A stretch of 27,704 bases of DNA, taken from Candidatus Calditenuaceae archaeon HR02. Lineage in GTDB: Archaea > Thermoproteota > Nitrososphaeria_A > Caldarchaeales > Calditenuaceae. The position numbers and the translations under genes were made by a program. The DNA lies in the NCBI GenBank assembly GCA_002898395.1, contig BEHE01000018.1:1-27704 (forward strand), read 5' to 3'. Below, one piece after another: positions 8,689-18,525 of the stretch. The notes under the pieces were generated by a model. It did no database searches. It was given only the letters and a program-made list of their open reading frames with translations, and was not told the DNA's origin. Position 1 is the stretch's first letter. Every line of letters begins with the position of its first letter.

Positions 8689-9700
8689 GGCCCATCAGCG
8701 TCATAAGCGCGAAAGCAGCTGCCCATGCGGCGCCAGCCCTAAGCCTCCCCAGCCCATACACCACGTTGAGCGCATATGCTCCGAGCCCAGAAATCCAGAG
8801 CCAGGCCACGGGAGAGAGAGCCCTTCTAATATAAGTCAGGACGACCTCGTCGCCTGACATCTCCGACACCCCCATTATTGTCGCATCAATATATCTGTAA
8901 GTTTCAACCTCTGCGGAGCTCCAGTTCAGGTGTAGCGGAGTGACTTGGGAGATATTGAAGGGGACGGCTATCCTATCCACACCATTAACCACAGCCTCAC
9001 TGAGCATCAGCCCCTCCATGGTTATCCTCTGACGGCCTTCCTCGAGGGCCTTCCTTTTTTCAGCGTCGCTCAAGCCTGTAAGGTTTACCCTCAACCCCGA
9101 GTAGTCTAAGACCTCAGCCTTAAGGACCGAGGCTCGCGCCAAAGGGGCATATATCACGGAGCCGTTAGACAGTATATCCTCCCTAACACCCGCGGGCACT
9201 TCGACGCCCCCATAGATCCCGCCGACGGATAGGTCGCGAAAACCAACGCCATTAGCCTCATAGCCATAAACAATAATGGTGGATGGGGGGAGAAGGAGGC
9301 TGATCAGAGAGCCGATGGCGATGAAGATGAGAAGTACTAGGAGTCCATTCAGTATGGATGAGAGGACGGATAATAGGTTTCCGTTCTTCTTTTTAAGGAA
9401 GAACGAGAAGATCCAGAGAACTCCAAACAATACTCCTATGGCTAAGAAGAAGTAGGCAATCTGCCGGGCAATGACAAATCTTATGTCTACAGTGGGTGTT
9501 GGAATCTTTTCCCTAAAAATATTGATTATTTCGAGCCTGGGCAACGATACTAACATGTCTAAAGTGATGCTGGATGCTACAACGAGGAAGAAGATGAGCA
9601 TAGCTGCCCCCATACCTGGCCTTTCAGATATCTCGGAAATCACCTTCCCAGGGCTGTATATTATCCTGATGGGGCGAGTGAGCAGGGATGGGAAAGACAT
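8681..9700 (-). CDS. Yip1-like multi-pass membrane protein with a roughly 150 aa extracytoplasmic insert
   Basis: The N-terminal pattern (IYSPGKVISEISERPGMGAAMLIFFLVV) and a 4-5 TM layout resemble the Yip1 domain. A soluble insert lies between the TM clusters. The ATG sits 13 nt after the stop of the 1590 aa gene. Confidence 0.6.
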   Translation of the reverse strand: MSFPSLLTRPIRIIYSPGKVISEISERPGMGAAMLIFFLVVASSITLDMLVSLPRLEIINIFREKIPTPTVDIRFVIARQIAYFFLAIGVLFGVLWIFSFFLKKKNGNLLSVLSSILNGLLVLLIFIAIGSLISLLLPPSTIIVYGYEANGVGFRDLSVGGIYGGVEVPAGVREDILSNGSVIYAPLARASVLKAEVLDYSGLRVNLTGLSDAEKRKALEEGRQRITMEGLMLSEAVVNGVDRIAVPFNISQVTPLHLNWSSAEVETYRYIDATIMGVSEMSGDEVVLTYIRRALSPVAWLWISGLGAYALNVVYGLGRLRAGAAWAAAFALMTLMGLV

Positions 9701-9713
9701 GGCAGCGTTACAC

Positions 9714-12700
9714 TTATTCTACCTGCTCCTTGATAAGCCCTTTCGAGAACTCTAGGTATCTATTCCTCTCCTCGACGGTTATTGCCCTCCAAATAAGGAC
9801 CTGCTTCCTGAGGTCGTCTGCAAAAAAGTAGGCCTGAGTAGCCCACATCGAATCAGGTCCACTAATCTTTGTCATGATTAGCTCGAAAGAGTATCTCTTT
9901 GAAGACTCCTCAAAGATGGAGATGATCTCTACGTGTTGGTTTATGCCCTGCTCGTAGGGGGCCAGCGAGACATCCAGCCCCAATCTCATTTCCCCTCTAT
10001 TATTCAATACCGGGTGCATTATGTCTCTCACGGTGTAGCTTGGCTTCTGCGCACCCGCGCCGATATAGTATTCATAGAGGAAGGCCATGAATGCCGCTGC
10101 CTCGTCCTTGTTATCAATGCTTAGTGGGAGTGGGAGGCGCCATACTCCCTGCTTGGGCCTTGTGGGTGGCTTCCACTTCCTCTCGAGGGAGGGGGTGACC
10201 AGCATGGCGGCAATCCTCGACGGGTAAATTGAGGCGAGCATGGCGGCCAATATAACTATGCCTAGAGATAGCATTATGAAGATGGAGGCATAGTTAAGAG
10301 TGTAGGCCTTCGGCAGGAGTCCGAATTCTATGAAAGCCCTGTTCAACACGAATCCAATTAGATATCCGACGAGCGCACCTAGCGACGCGTAAACTGCAGA
10401 CTCTACGAAGAAGAGGAAGCTAGAACCTAGAGGAGGCAAACCTAGCACGGAGTAGACTGATATCTCCCTCCTCCTCTCCTCCACACTGCCCATGAGGTTA
10501 ATCACGGTATTTAGCGCACCGATGACTATCAGAGCCGGCACAATCTCCCACCCCACAGTCTTAAAGCTCGTGACGCGTGACGCCCTATATGTCGAGCCAC
10601 CCTCGCCCACATACACTGCGAGGTCCGTGACCATGCTTAAGTCCCTGGCGAGCTGGCGTATACTCTCGCTGGGCCCTTCCTCCGCGGGATAAATGTTATA
10701 GGAAGCGGTGTATCCGCCGAGATTGGTAACTAGTCCGTATGGGGCGATAACAAGCCTATCCCACGATAGGGGAGGTGGGATCTGCTGTGCAGGCACCGTT
10801 GCGCCGAAGGCTATGGACCCTACGTAGTAGGGGTTTATAGGAGCCATTGAGAAGCCGCTGATCTCGAAGAGCCTCTCAATATCTTCCGCAGAGTAGATGC
10901 CTACTACCTTTAAGGTGAGGCCCATGGCATAGATACTGTCGCCTACTTGGACTCCGAGCATCTCTGCCAACTTATCGGGGACGAGTATCTCGTAAGCGTA
11001 CTCACCGCTGAAGATGCCGCTGGAGCCTTCTGGTCGAACTATGCAGCAGGCTCCTCGCTGTATGGCAGAATTATTCGCCTTCCTTACTAGAGGCGCAATA
11101 GTTCTCTCAAGGTCAGGTTCTGTGAGACCGAGTATTGCATGGATATTGTAAAAATTCCCTGTGAGTGGATCCTTGCTGAGCTGGAGTATGGGGCCCACAG
11201 CAGGGTAGATCGAGACTGGATAGTACCATGCCCTAGGCGCTAACACCATACCCTGCGCCTCGTAAGCCTTCAGCACTTCGCGCCCCTCATCACCCATAAC
11301 ACCTCCGACGGGGATGCCGTAGCCAATTCTTACAGATACACCGTCTGCCGGTGCGCTCTGCGGTAGTGATGGGAATGCAATATCAACCGAAGGGGCCACT
11401 GAGGTGAAGATTGAGAGTCCGATTGTCACACCTACAATTGAGCCGATTATCAACGTAGTCCTCAACCTCCTTCTCCTCATGTTCTCTACTGCAGTATTGT
11501 ATGCGACGGCCATTATCCCTACACGGCCTATCTCAAGGACATGGGACCCTAGCATCCTGTAGGATATGCTACGCCTTACACGCTCAACTTCGTTACTCAA
11601 AACCGAGAGCACAATCATGTACAGCACTATTGTGAGGAGGCCGAAGACTGCCATGAGAGCCGTACTCATAACACTGAATGCTGGGTGAACCTCGGTGAAG
11701 ATTAGGAAGAGGGCGGCACCAACAGTTATTATTGATAGAAGCCTCTTCCTGCCTTCAGCGTGTATAATTAGCCGCTCTACGAAGACGCTACTCAAGACTA
11801 TCAAGCCTATAAAGAATAGGCTTGTGTTTGAGGAATCGTTTATAAGACCCATAACCTCGTTGTACGCCTTATAGGCCCACCCCCATGCCAACATTGAGTA
11901 GGACTGGAAGAGGGAGTATTTTTTATTGGAGTAGGCCTCCTCGGCCAGACGCAGATACCTATCCACCTGCTCCAGCTTCTGCTCGATGCTGATGGTCTTA
12001 ACATTCTTGTCGCTCAGGGCATCATACCTGCCCTTCGTGATCCTGTACATATCGAGCGCAATTCTGTAGGCTGTGTTGTAGAACACTAGTTCATGTTCAG
12101 ACCTGAAGCCGACACCCTCCATCTCCCCCTCAGTAGAGTTGACGAGCGCTATGTATGGTACACGAGAGAGGGCGACCCCGGCTCCGCCAAGCCTACCTAA
12201 AACCATGAAGACTTCTCCTGGCTGTGTGAAGACCACCCCCACAGGCTCGTACATGTTAAAGTAAACTCCATAGAAGAGCAAGTCGCCCCTGATTCGGAAG
12301 TTGAGGGGGATTATCTGGGCGCCTGCTGTATGATACCACCCACCCCCAAGCCCAGCTTGACCGCCTGTAATCGGCGCAGCCCATCCTGCCAAGTGGGGGT
12401 CAGGCATCAGCGCAGGCCTGAGGTTGGTGAGGTCTATGACGTCAAAGATGTAGGTTGGGACTGCTCTGAAGACGACGACTGAGACCTCGTCATAAGGCGA
12501 GAGGGGCGATATTGTCGGTGGAATTGACTTAGCACCATAGATGCCGAGGTCGGGGGCGAATATTATCTCCCCAGTCTCATCATCGAATCCCCACGCCTCG
12601 ATGAAATATCTGCTGCCCGGAATGAACGGGTAAGGGACAAGGCCCTTAATTATGAAGACTCCATTCTCGTCGGCGAAGGTCATCATCTTGTTAAAGGGGT

Positions 12701-14483
12701 ATGGTAATGGCCAGTAGCCTGCGCTGAGACCACCCCCTACTGCTGTTCCGCCTCCAGGACCATATACAACTGAGGCTGTGGGTGTGAAGCCCACGTAAAC
12801 CCTGACTAGGAGTTTGGGAACGGGCCTATACCATCCGACCGATGCGTTATAGGTTATAACCTTCCCCCTTAGCTCTATGAAGCCCGCATATTCCGCAAAG
12901 CCTCCAGGCTGTATGAACAGGCGCGAGGGTGAGACGCTCTGCCAGTTGATTCCTAAGCTTTTCTCATTTAGAAACGAGTCGATGATGTGGGCTATCGTGT
13001 AGAGCTGGGGCCGGAGACGGCCTAGATCCACGAGGGAGAGGTCGCTAACAGGAGTTCCTATCCAAGATAATGATGTCTGAGAGGACTGGATGGTGAAGGC
13101 GATGCCTCGGGTCTGCTCTGCAGGCTCTGTATCAAGCATGCTCGGATACTGCTGAGAGCCCCAGTACATTGTGTTAGTGAAGAACTCCTTCACAAAGGAG
13201 TCAGATTTTATCCCAGTCATCCTCTGGAGATTCGAGACAAAATCTTCATCGTGAATATAGCTGGTGAATATCTGCCTTCTTATCCAAGAGTATCTCACGG
13301 TTATCCCTCCCGCATTGCCTGTTGTTGCGTAGAGGTTGAGGGCGCTCCCCCTCAGCAGATCAAGCCCTGTTCCATAGGGGTCTAGGTCTCCAATCCCTAT
13401 CATGAGGATTGGTCTGAATCTGCCCTCGGCAACGTCTCTAGAGAAGTAGAAATTATCGACGAAGTTCCTCGGACCGGCTAGCCCCTGCCAATGCCCACTA
13501 AAGAAGACGAACCATACATTCCAGTATGGCTTGTTTTCTGAATAGTATCTTGCAAGCTCTAGAAGAAGTGCTGGAGGGATAGCCTCCATTGCCCCCGGGG
13601 AGAGCGCAGGGACGGCTGACCAGCTATCAAACCGCGCAGTGAAAATCATGGTAGTAGGGTCGGCACTATTCGTGCCATTTAGAGAGCCAATCACATTATA
13701 GGCCGTGGCCTCAATGTATCTCATTTTTACGAAGACAGTTACACGCCCACCCTTTTCAGCAGCCCCTTTCAGTTTTTCTCCTGCATCACTCGTGACGTAG
13801 AGCCGAGGGAAGTTGAGTGGAGCGTCTACGAACTTCTTTAGGGAATCTAAGTAGTGTGGGACTGCTGGTGGCTCAATAAAGATTACTGCACGCGCACCAA
13901 GCTTCGCAGCGTTTATCCAGTTGGAGCCGCTAGTATAATCCATAAGAACAATGCTTCCGACAACATCTTTCCCGTCAAAATCCTCTAGCTCACCACGCCC
14001 GACATATATTAAGTGTCCACTAACTCCTTCTTTCCTTGTCATGGATGTGTGGGGCCCGTTCGGCCAGACAGCAAACGCATCGAGCCTAATCTTCTCGCCT
14101 CTTGATTCCAGTTCGATATACGAGCCCTCGTCAAACGGTACTACAACACTGTAATTCTGTATTATCACCTTGAGGCCCATCTCCTTGAGCTTTGCAGCAA
14201 TATATTGTGCGGCCTTGTAGTGCCCAGCATAACCTGTCACCCGGCTCCCCAGACTACTGAGATACTCTACATGCCGAGCCATTAGAGAAGTGTTTATGTC
14301 GTTAGGCGAGACCTTTTTTAGACGTGTTTCCTGGGCCTCTGCTATAGGAATATGTGTGAGGAAGAAGGTTGACACAAGGAGTAATAGGGTTAGAGCTATT
14401 GTAATGCTGAGTCTGATGCTTCTCGGACGCGAAAGCATTTCTTCGGATACATTCTCGTTAAACGTGTTTATCAACCTTTCCAT
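9714..14483 (-). CDS. Giant (about 1590 aa) membrane protein: M28/PA peptidase-like ectodomain fused to tandem FtsX/MacB-type permease halves and a C-terminal cytoplasmic domain
   Basis: There is a signal-anchor at residues 24-45. An M28/PA-like region contains YAGHYKAAQYIAAKLKEMG, a PA insert GHLIYVGRGELEDFDGKDVVGSIVLMDY...ARAVIFIE, NVIGSLNG, FDSW and PGAMEA. A three-TM cluster lies at about residues 875-960. MacB-type TM1 is RRRRLRTTLIIGSIVGVTIGLSIF (nt 11421-11480). The FtsX signature is SVEERRREISVYSVLGLPP (nt 10441-10497). The ORF track starts at TTG 14486, but ATG 14483 is the more likely start. Confidence 0.8.
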   Translation of the reverse strand: MERLINTFNENVSEEMLSRPRSIRLSITIALTLLLLVSTFFLTHIPIAEAQETRLKKVSPNDINTSLMARHVEYLSSLGSRVTGYAGHYKAAQYIAAKLKEMGLKVIIQNYSVVVPFDEGSYIELESRGEKIRLDAFAVWPNGPHTSMTRKEGVSGHLIYVGRGELEDFDGKDVVGSIVLMDYTSGSNWINAAKLGARAVIFIEPPAVPHYLDSLKKFVDAPLNFPRLYVTSDAGEKLKGAAEKGGRVTVFVKMRYIEATAYNVIGSLNGTNSADPTTMIFTARFDSWSAVPALSPGAMEAIPPALLLELARYYSENKPYWNVWFVFFSGHWQGLAGPRNFVDNFYFSRDVAEGRFRPILMIGIGDLDPYGTGLDLLRGSALNLYATTGNAGGITVRYSWIRRQIFTSYIHDEDFVSNLQRMTGIKSDSFVKEFFTNTMYWGSQQYPSMLDTEPAEQTRGIAFTIQSSQTSLSWIGTPVSDLSLVDLGRLRPQLYTIAHIIDSFLNEKSLGINWQSVSPSRLFIQPGGFAEYAGFIELRGKVITYNASVGWYRPVPKLLVRVYVGFTPTASVVYGPGGGTAVGGGLSAGYWPLPYPFNKMMTFADENGVFIIKGLVPYPFIPGSRYFIEAWGFDDETGEIIFAPDLGIYGAKSIPPTISPLSPYDEVSVVVFRAVPTYIFDVIDLTNLRPALMPDPHLAGWAAPITGGQAGLGGGWYHTAGAQIIPLNFRIRGDLLFYGVYFNMYEPVGVVFTQPGEVFMVLGRLGGAGVALSRVPYIALVNSTEGEMEGVGFRSEHELVFYNTAYRIALDMYRITKGRYDALSDKNVKTISIEQKLEQVDRYLRLAEEAYSNKKYSLFQSYSMLAWGWAYKAYNEVMGLINDSSNTSLFFIGLIVLSSVFVERLIIHAEGRKRLLSIITVGAALFLIFTEVHPAFSVMSTALMAVFGLLTIVLYMIVLSVLSNEVERVRRSISYRMLGSHVLEIGRVGIMAVAYNTAVENMRRRRLRTTLIIGSIVGVTIGLSIFTSVAPSVDIAFPSLPQSAPADGVSVRIGYGIPVGGVMGDEGREVLKAYEAQGMVLAPRAWYYPVSIYPAVGPILQLSKDPLTGNFYNIHAILGLTEPDLERTIAPLVRKANNSAIQRGACCIVRPEGSSGIFSGEYAYEILVPDKLAEMLGVQVGDSIYAMGLTLKVVGIYSAEDIERLFEISGFSMAPINPYYVGSIAFGATVPAQQIPPPLSWDRLVIAPYGLVTNLGGYTASYNIYPAEEGPSESIRQLARDLSMVTDLAVYVGEGGSTYRASRVTSFKTVGWEIVPALIVIGALNTVINLMGSVEERRREISVYSVLGLPPLGSSFLFFVESAVYASLGALVGYLIGFVLNRAFIEFGLLPKAYTLNYASIFIMLSLGIVILAAMLASIYPSRIAAMLVTPSLERKWKPPTRPKQGVWRLPLPLSIDNKDEAAAFMAFLYEYYIGAGAQKPSYTVRDIMHPVLNNRGEMRLGLDVSLAPYEQGINQHVEIISIFEESSKRYSFELIMTKISGPDSMWATQAYFFADDLRKQVLIWRAITVEERNRYLEFSKGLIKEQVE

Positions 14484-14576
14484 CAAAAGCTAATTAACAG
14501 CAGCCACCATCTCTTTGATTTGAATAGGTTGGAAGAAATTTTTAATAACATTTGAGACGATTGGATTTCGCGTCTG

Positions 14577-15653
14577 GTGAGGTGGTTGAGGGAAATTAAG
14601 GTTGGGATTATAGGTTGTGGGGGTATTGCGCAAAACGCTCACATCCCGGGGTATCAGCGTCTCGAGAATGTGAAGGTCGTGGCGTGCTGCGATGTTGTGG
14701 AGTCGGTTGCGAGAATGGTTGCTGAGAAGTTCAGCATACCGCGATACTTCACCGACTATGAAAAAATGCTTAAGAGCGTAGATTTAGACGCTGTCAGCGT
14801 CTGCACACCTAACTCCCTACACAAGGAGCCGACAATAATGGCCCTTGAGCACGGTGTACATGTCCTGGTCGAAAAGCCGATTGCCACAAGCGCGGAAGAC
14901 GGGGCCGCGATGGTTCGCGCTGCTAGGAAGGCTGGCAAGATACTGATTGTCGGCTTTCAGGAGCGCTTTAATCCGTACGGGATGGTAATTAAGAGGTTTG
15001 TGGAGCGCGGGGATTTGGGGTGGATTTACTATAACAGGGCGGTTTATCTAAGGCGGAGGGGTGTGCCGACCTGGGGAGCCTTCCTGGACAGGGGATTGCA
15101 GGGTGGCGGTGCTCTTATTGATATCGGTGTTCACGCCCTCGACCTGGCGATGTATCTTCAAGGGTTTAAGAAGCCTGTCAGCGTTATGGGCAGAGCCTAC
15201 ACGCTCTTCGGAAAGGACAGGGAAGCTGCTGAGGCTAACATATGGGGGGCTTGGGATACTGAGAAGTTTGAGGTAGATGATAATGCATTCGCGGTGGTAA
15301 CCATGGAGGATGGTTCATTCCTAGTGCTTGAGGCTTCCTGGGCCAGCCACATCAAGTCACAGAACCTCTTCAATGTCTATCTCCGTGGAACGAAGGGTGG
15401 GGCCCAGCTTGACCCTCCCGAGATATACATGGATAGGAATGGAGTAGCTTTTGATATGACGCCCGTCATTCACACCAAGCCGGATTGGCGGGAGCAGTCA
15501 TACATTAAGATAAGGAAGTTTATCGAGTCGATAGAGGCTGGGAAGCCCCTTTATGCTCCTGGTGAGGAGGGGGTGATTGTGCAGAGCGTCATCGATGCTA
15601 TCTACAGGTCGACTGAGACTGGCAGGGTCGAGCCTATACATATCCCACTGTAG
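14577..15653 (+). CDS. Gfo/Idh/MocA-family NAD(P)-dependent oxidoreductase
   Basis: It has the Rossmann N-terminus IKVGIIGCGGIAQNAHIPGY, the family-typical VLVEKPIA motif, and a C-terminal alpha/beta dimerisation domain. Confidence 0.85.
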   Translation: MRWLREIKVGIIGCGGIAQNAHIPGYQRLENVKVVACCDVVESVARMVAEKFSIPRYFTDYEKMLKSVDLDAVSVCTPNSLHKEPTIMALEHGVHVLVEKPIATSAEDGAAMVRAARKAGKILIVGFQERFNPYGMVIKRFVERGDLGWIYYNRAVYLRRRGVPTWGAFLDRGLQGGGALIDIGVHALDLAMYLQGFKKPVSVMGRAYTLFGKDREAAEANIWGAWDTEKFEVDDNAFAVVTMEDGSFLVLEASWASHIKSQNLFNVYLRGTKGGAQLDPPEIYMDRNGVAFDMTPVIHTKPDWREQSYIKIRKFIESIEAGKPLYAPGEEGVIVQSVIDAIYRSTETGRVEPIHIPL

Positions 15654-15676
15654 CCTGGAGAGCGGGGTGTATCTGT

Positions 15677-16660
15677 ATGGAGTATGTCAACCTAGGCCGT
15701 GCAGGCGTCAAGGTCTCTAGAATCTGCCTAGGATGCCTCAACTTTGGTAATGAGCGGGGCTGGATGGTTGAGTATGATGGCGCGAAAAAGGTATTTGAGA
15801 AGGCCTGGGACTTAGGCATAAACTTCTTCGACACGGCTAATGTCTATTCGCGGGGGAGGTCTGAGGAGATTCTGGGGATGCTGCTGGAAGGGAGGAGAGA
15901 TGACGCGGTAGTCGCTACTAAGGTGTTTGGTAGGATGGGTGAGGGACCGAATCAAAGAGGTCTCTCGAGGAAGCATATCATGTGGCAAGTCCGCGAGTCC
16001 CTTAGAAGGCTTAGAACAGACTACATAGACCTATACCAGATACATAGGTGGGACTATGAGACGCCGATTGAAGAGACGCTGGCGACGTTAAACGACTTAG
16101 TCAGGACGGGTAAGGTCCACTACATCGGGGCCTCTAGCATGTGGGCTTGGCAGTTCACCAAGGCGATATACATTAGCAGGATGAGGGGTTATGCCGAGTT
16201 CGTCAGCATGCAGAACGTCTACAACCTATTGTACAGGGAGGAGGAGAGGGAGATGATTCCATTCTGCCAGAGTGAGGGCATAGCCATAATTCCGTGGAGC
16301 CCCCTAGCCGTAGGTGTCCTGAGTGGGAAGTACTATGTGAACGGCAAGCTGGTGGTGACAGAGAAGGATTTTGAGCGCATAAGACCAGGAACTAACGACT
16401 ACAACGCGTATATTGCACCACCCGAGAATGCTGAGATTGTGAGGAGGGTAATTGAGGTGGCGCAGAATAAGGGTGTGAAGCCATCCCAGATAGCTCTTGC
16501 TTGGTTGTTTAAGAAAGGTGTGACAGCGCCCATTATCGGTACAAATAATCCGGCTCATGTGGAGGAGGCTGTAGAGGCCCTTAAGGTAAATCTCAGCGAT
16601 GACGAGGTCAAGTATTTGGAGGAGCCCTATAAGCCTAAGCCAGTCTTCGGGCATAGATAA
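15677..16660 (+). CDS. Aldo/keto reductase family oxidoreductase
   Basis: AKR blocks are present: MEYVNLGRAGVKVSRICLGCLNFG, INFFDTANVYSRGRSEEILG, YIDLYQIHRWD, VHYIGASS and PIIGTNNPAHVEEAVEAL. Confidence 0.9.
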   Translation: MEYVNLGRAGVKVSRICLGCLNFGNERGWMVEYDGAKKVFEKAWDLGINFFDTANVYSRGRSEEILGMLLEGRRDDAVVATKVFGRMGEGPNQRGLSRKHIMWQVRESLRRLRTDYIDLYQIHRWDYETPIEETLATLNDLVRTGKVHYIGASSMWAWQFTKAIYISRMRGYAEFVSMQNVYNLLYREEEREMIPFCQSEGIAIIPWSPLAVGVLSGKYYVNGKLVVTEKDFERIRPGTNDYNAYIAPPENAEIVRRVIEVAQNKGVKPSQIALAWLFKKGVTAPIIGTNNPAHVEEAVEALKVNLSDDEVKYLEEPYKPKPVFGHR

Positions 16661-16672
16661 TAATATGATAAT

Positions 16673-18061
16673 TTAAAGCATAATTCCAGGGTTCAGGATA
16701 TTGCTAGGGTCGAAGAGCTCTTTGAGCTTCTTCATGATGTTTAGTACCTCGTGGTGCTGCTCCCACATAAACTCCTTCTTCTCTAAGCCTACACCATGCT
16801 CGGCCGACAACGCACCACCAACCTCTATGGCGTATCTGGTCAGCTCAGCGTTAGCCCTCAGTGCCCTCTCCCACTCGTCCCTGTTACGCCTGTCCGTCAG
16901 CCAGTTAGCGTGGACGTTTCCATCACCCAGGTGACCCATTACACCGACCCTGACACCATATTTTTTTGCGAGCTCATAAGCCTTGTTGACAGCGTCGAGG
17001 AGACGGGAGAGCGGGACGATTATGTCGCCTATGATAGGCGACCTACAGGCCTTTAGGATTGACGGGTAAGCACCCTTCCTAGCTTCCCATATCCTCTCAG
17101 CCTCCATCTCGTCTTTAGGGACAACAATGCTAACAGCCCCACCCTCCCTCAGCAGGCTGACCGCGTCTGTGACCTCCTCCTCCAGCCCAGCCTTAGAGTA
17201 GCTATGGAACTCGAGGATGATCATACACTCGCGGTCCGGGAGGTTTAGGCCGGACCACTCCGATATTAGCCTTAGATGAGTCCTGTCTAAAAACTCTATG
17301 GCGCCCGGCTCTATTCCGGAGAGCCTGATCCTCCCTATACATCTTACACCATCCTCTATCGAGTCGAAGTAGGCCGCGATTGTTCTCCGGTGCCTGGGTA
17401 GTGGTCGGAGTCTTAGCGTGGCCTCTGTTATCACCCCTAACGTTCCTTCGGACCCAACAAGCATCCTCGCCAAGTCATACCCTATAGAGTATTTGAAGAC
17501 GCGTGAGCCTAGGCGGATGTCAAGACCCACCGGGAAGACGACCCTCAGAGCCAGAACATAGTCTCTCGTCGCCCCATATCTTACTGCCTTTAGACCTGAG
17601 GCGTTGTTAGCGATCATTCCCCCAATAGTGCATGATTTGCCGCTAGCCGGATCTGGTGGGAAGAAGAGGCCATAAGGCTCTAGCTCTTTGTTGAGCTGAT
17701 CATAAATCACACCGGGTTCCACGACGACTTGCATGTCATTCTGCCTAACCTCCAAGATCTTGTTCATCTTCATCATGTTCATGACTATACCGCCAAACCT
17801 CGGTATTGATGCACCTGTGAGTCCTGTCCCCCCACCCCTAACAGTCACAGGTATCCGCCGCCTCGAAGCATATTTGAGCACCTCCAAGACCTCTGAGCTG
17901 CTTTCAGGCCAGACAACAGCCTCGGGCAGCACCGGCTCACCTGCAAATGCGTCCAAAGCATTAGTCACTAGGTCGTATTCCTCGTCGGAGACGTCTGAGG
18001 CTCCTACGATGGAGGCCAGAACAACAAGGTCCTCAGGCCTGACTTTGCTATACTCCATCAT
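16673..18061 (-). CDS. FAD-linked oxidase (GlcD / D-lactate dehydrogenase family)
   Basis: It has the FAD-binding PCMH-type N-terminal domain (IPVTVRGGGTGLTGASIP, NASGLKAVRYGATRDYVLAL) and the C-terminal FAD-oxidase domain (GHLGDGNVHAN, SAEHGVGLEKKEFM, DPSNILNPG). Confidence 0.85.
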   Translation of the reverse strand: MMEYSKVRPEDLVVLASIVGASDVSDEEYDLVTNALDAFAGEPVLPEAVVWPESSSEVLEVLKYASRRRIPVTVRGGGTGLTGASIPRFGGIVMNMMKMNKILEVRQNDMQVVVEPGVIYDQLNKELEPYGLFFPPDPASGKSCTIGGMIANNASGLKAVRYGATRDYVLALRVVFPVGLDIRLGSRVFKYSIGYDLARMLVGSEGTLGVITEATLRLRPLPRHRRTIAAYFDSIEDGVRCIGRIRLSGIEPGAIEFLDRTHLRLISEWSGLNLPDRECMIILEFHSYSKAGLEEEVTDAVSLLREGGAVSIVVPKDEMEAERIWEARKGAYPSILKACRSPIIGDIIVPLSRLLDAVNKAYELAKKYGVRVGVMGHLGDGNVHANWLTDRRNRDEWERALRANAELTRYAIEVGGALSAEHGVGLEKKEFMWEQHHEVLNIMKKLKELFDPSNILNPGIML

Positions 18062-18110
18062 GCCTCACCATAGCGCACCTAGTTAAAAACTGATTATGCA
18101 TTTATCTTTC

Positions 18111-18512
18111 CTAACCCGCTTGCCACCTTTCTTCAAGAGCTTTTCTGAGGTCTTTTGTCTCGCCCTTCCTGTGGACCATTACTCGCGACTCTACCTGGAC
18201 CTTGAGGCCTAGCCTCCTAAACAGTACCAGCAGATCTCCAGCGTCTATGGGCTCTTCAACCCTTCCCTCTCTCAGGGCTTTAAGGAGAGCGGCCGAGACT
18301 TTCCTGACCAAGCCTGGATTCTCGGAGAGCGCTGCCGCTAACACCTCGTCACCCCTTTCAGAGACATGCTTCTTCAGCTCCTCTACCGGGTCAGGCTCCG
18401 CCGCTGACTTCTCATCCGGAGGAGGTGTCTCCCTCGACTTGGCTAGCTGCGACATTAAGGTCCTCATCTTCTTCATTTTAATGAGTTTGAGGCTAATGTC
18501 CTCGTCCTCCAA
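18111..18512 (-). CDS. PDCD5/TFAR19-like dsDNA-binding protein (tentative)
   Basis: This 133 aa protein has a charged N-terminal helix. Its core LSENPGLVRKVSAALLKALREGRVEEPIDAGDLLVLFRRLG....VHRKG resembles the archaeal PDCD5-like dsDNA_bind family. It lies 13 nt downstream of priL on the same strand. Confidence 0.45.
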   Translation of the reverse strand: MEDEDISLKLIKMKKMRTLMSQLAKSRETPPPDEKSAAEPDPVEELKKHVSERGDEVLAAALSENPGLVRKVSAALLKALREGRVEEPIDAGDLLVLFRRLGLKVQVESRVMVHRKGETKDLRKALEERWQAG

Positions 18513-18525
18513 ATCCAGCCACCAT

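Noticed and set aside
16304-17056. Antisense or alternate-frame ORFs within the aldo/keto reductase and GlcD-like genes.
   Set aside because: The host frames have strong family motifs, and these ORFs have none.
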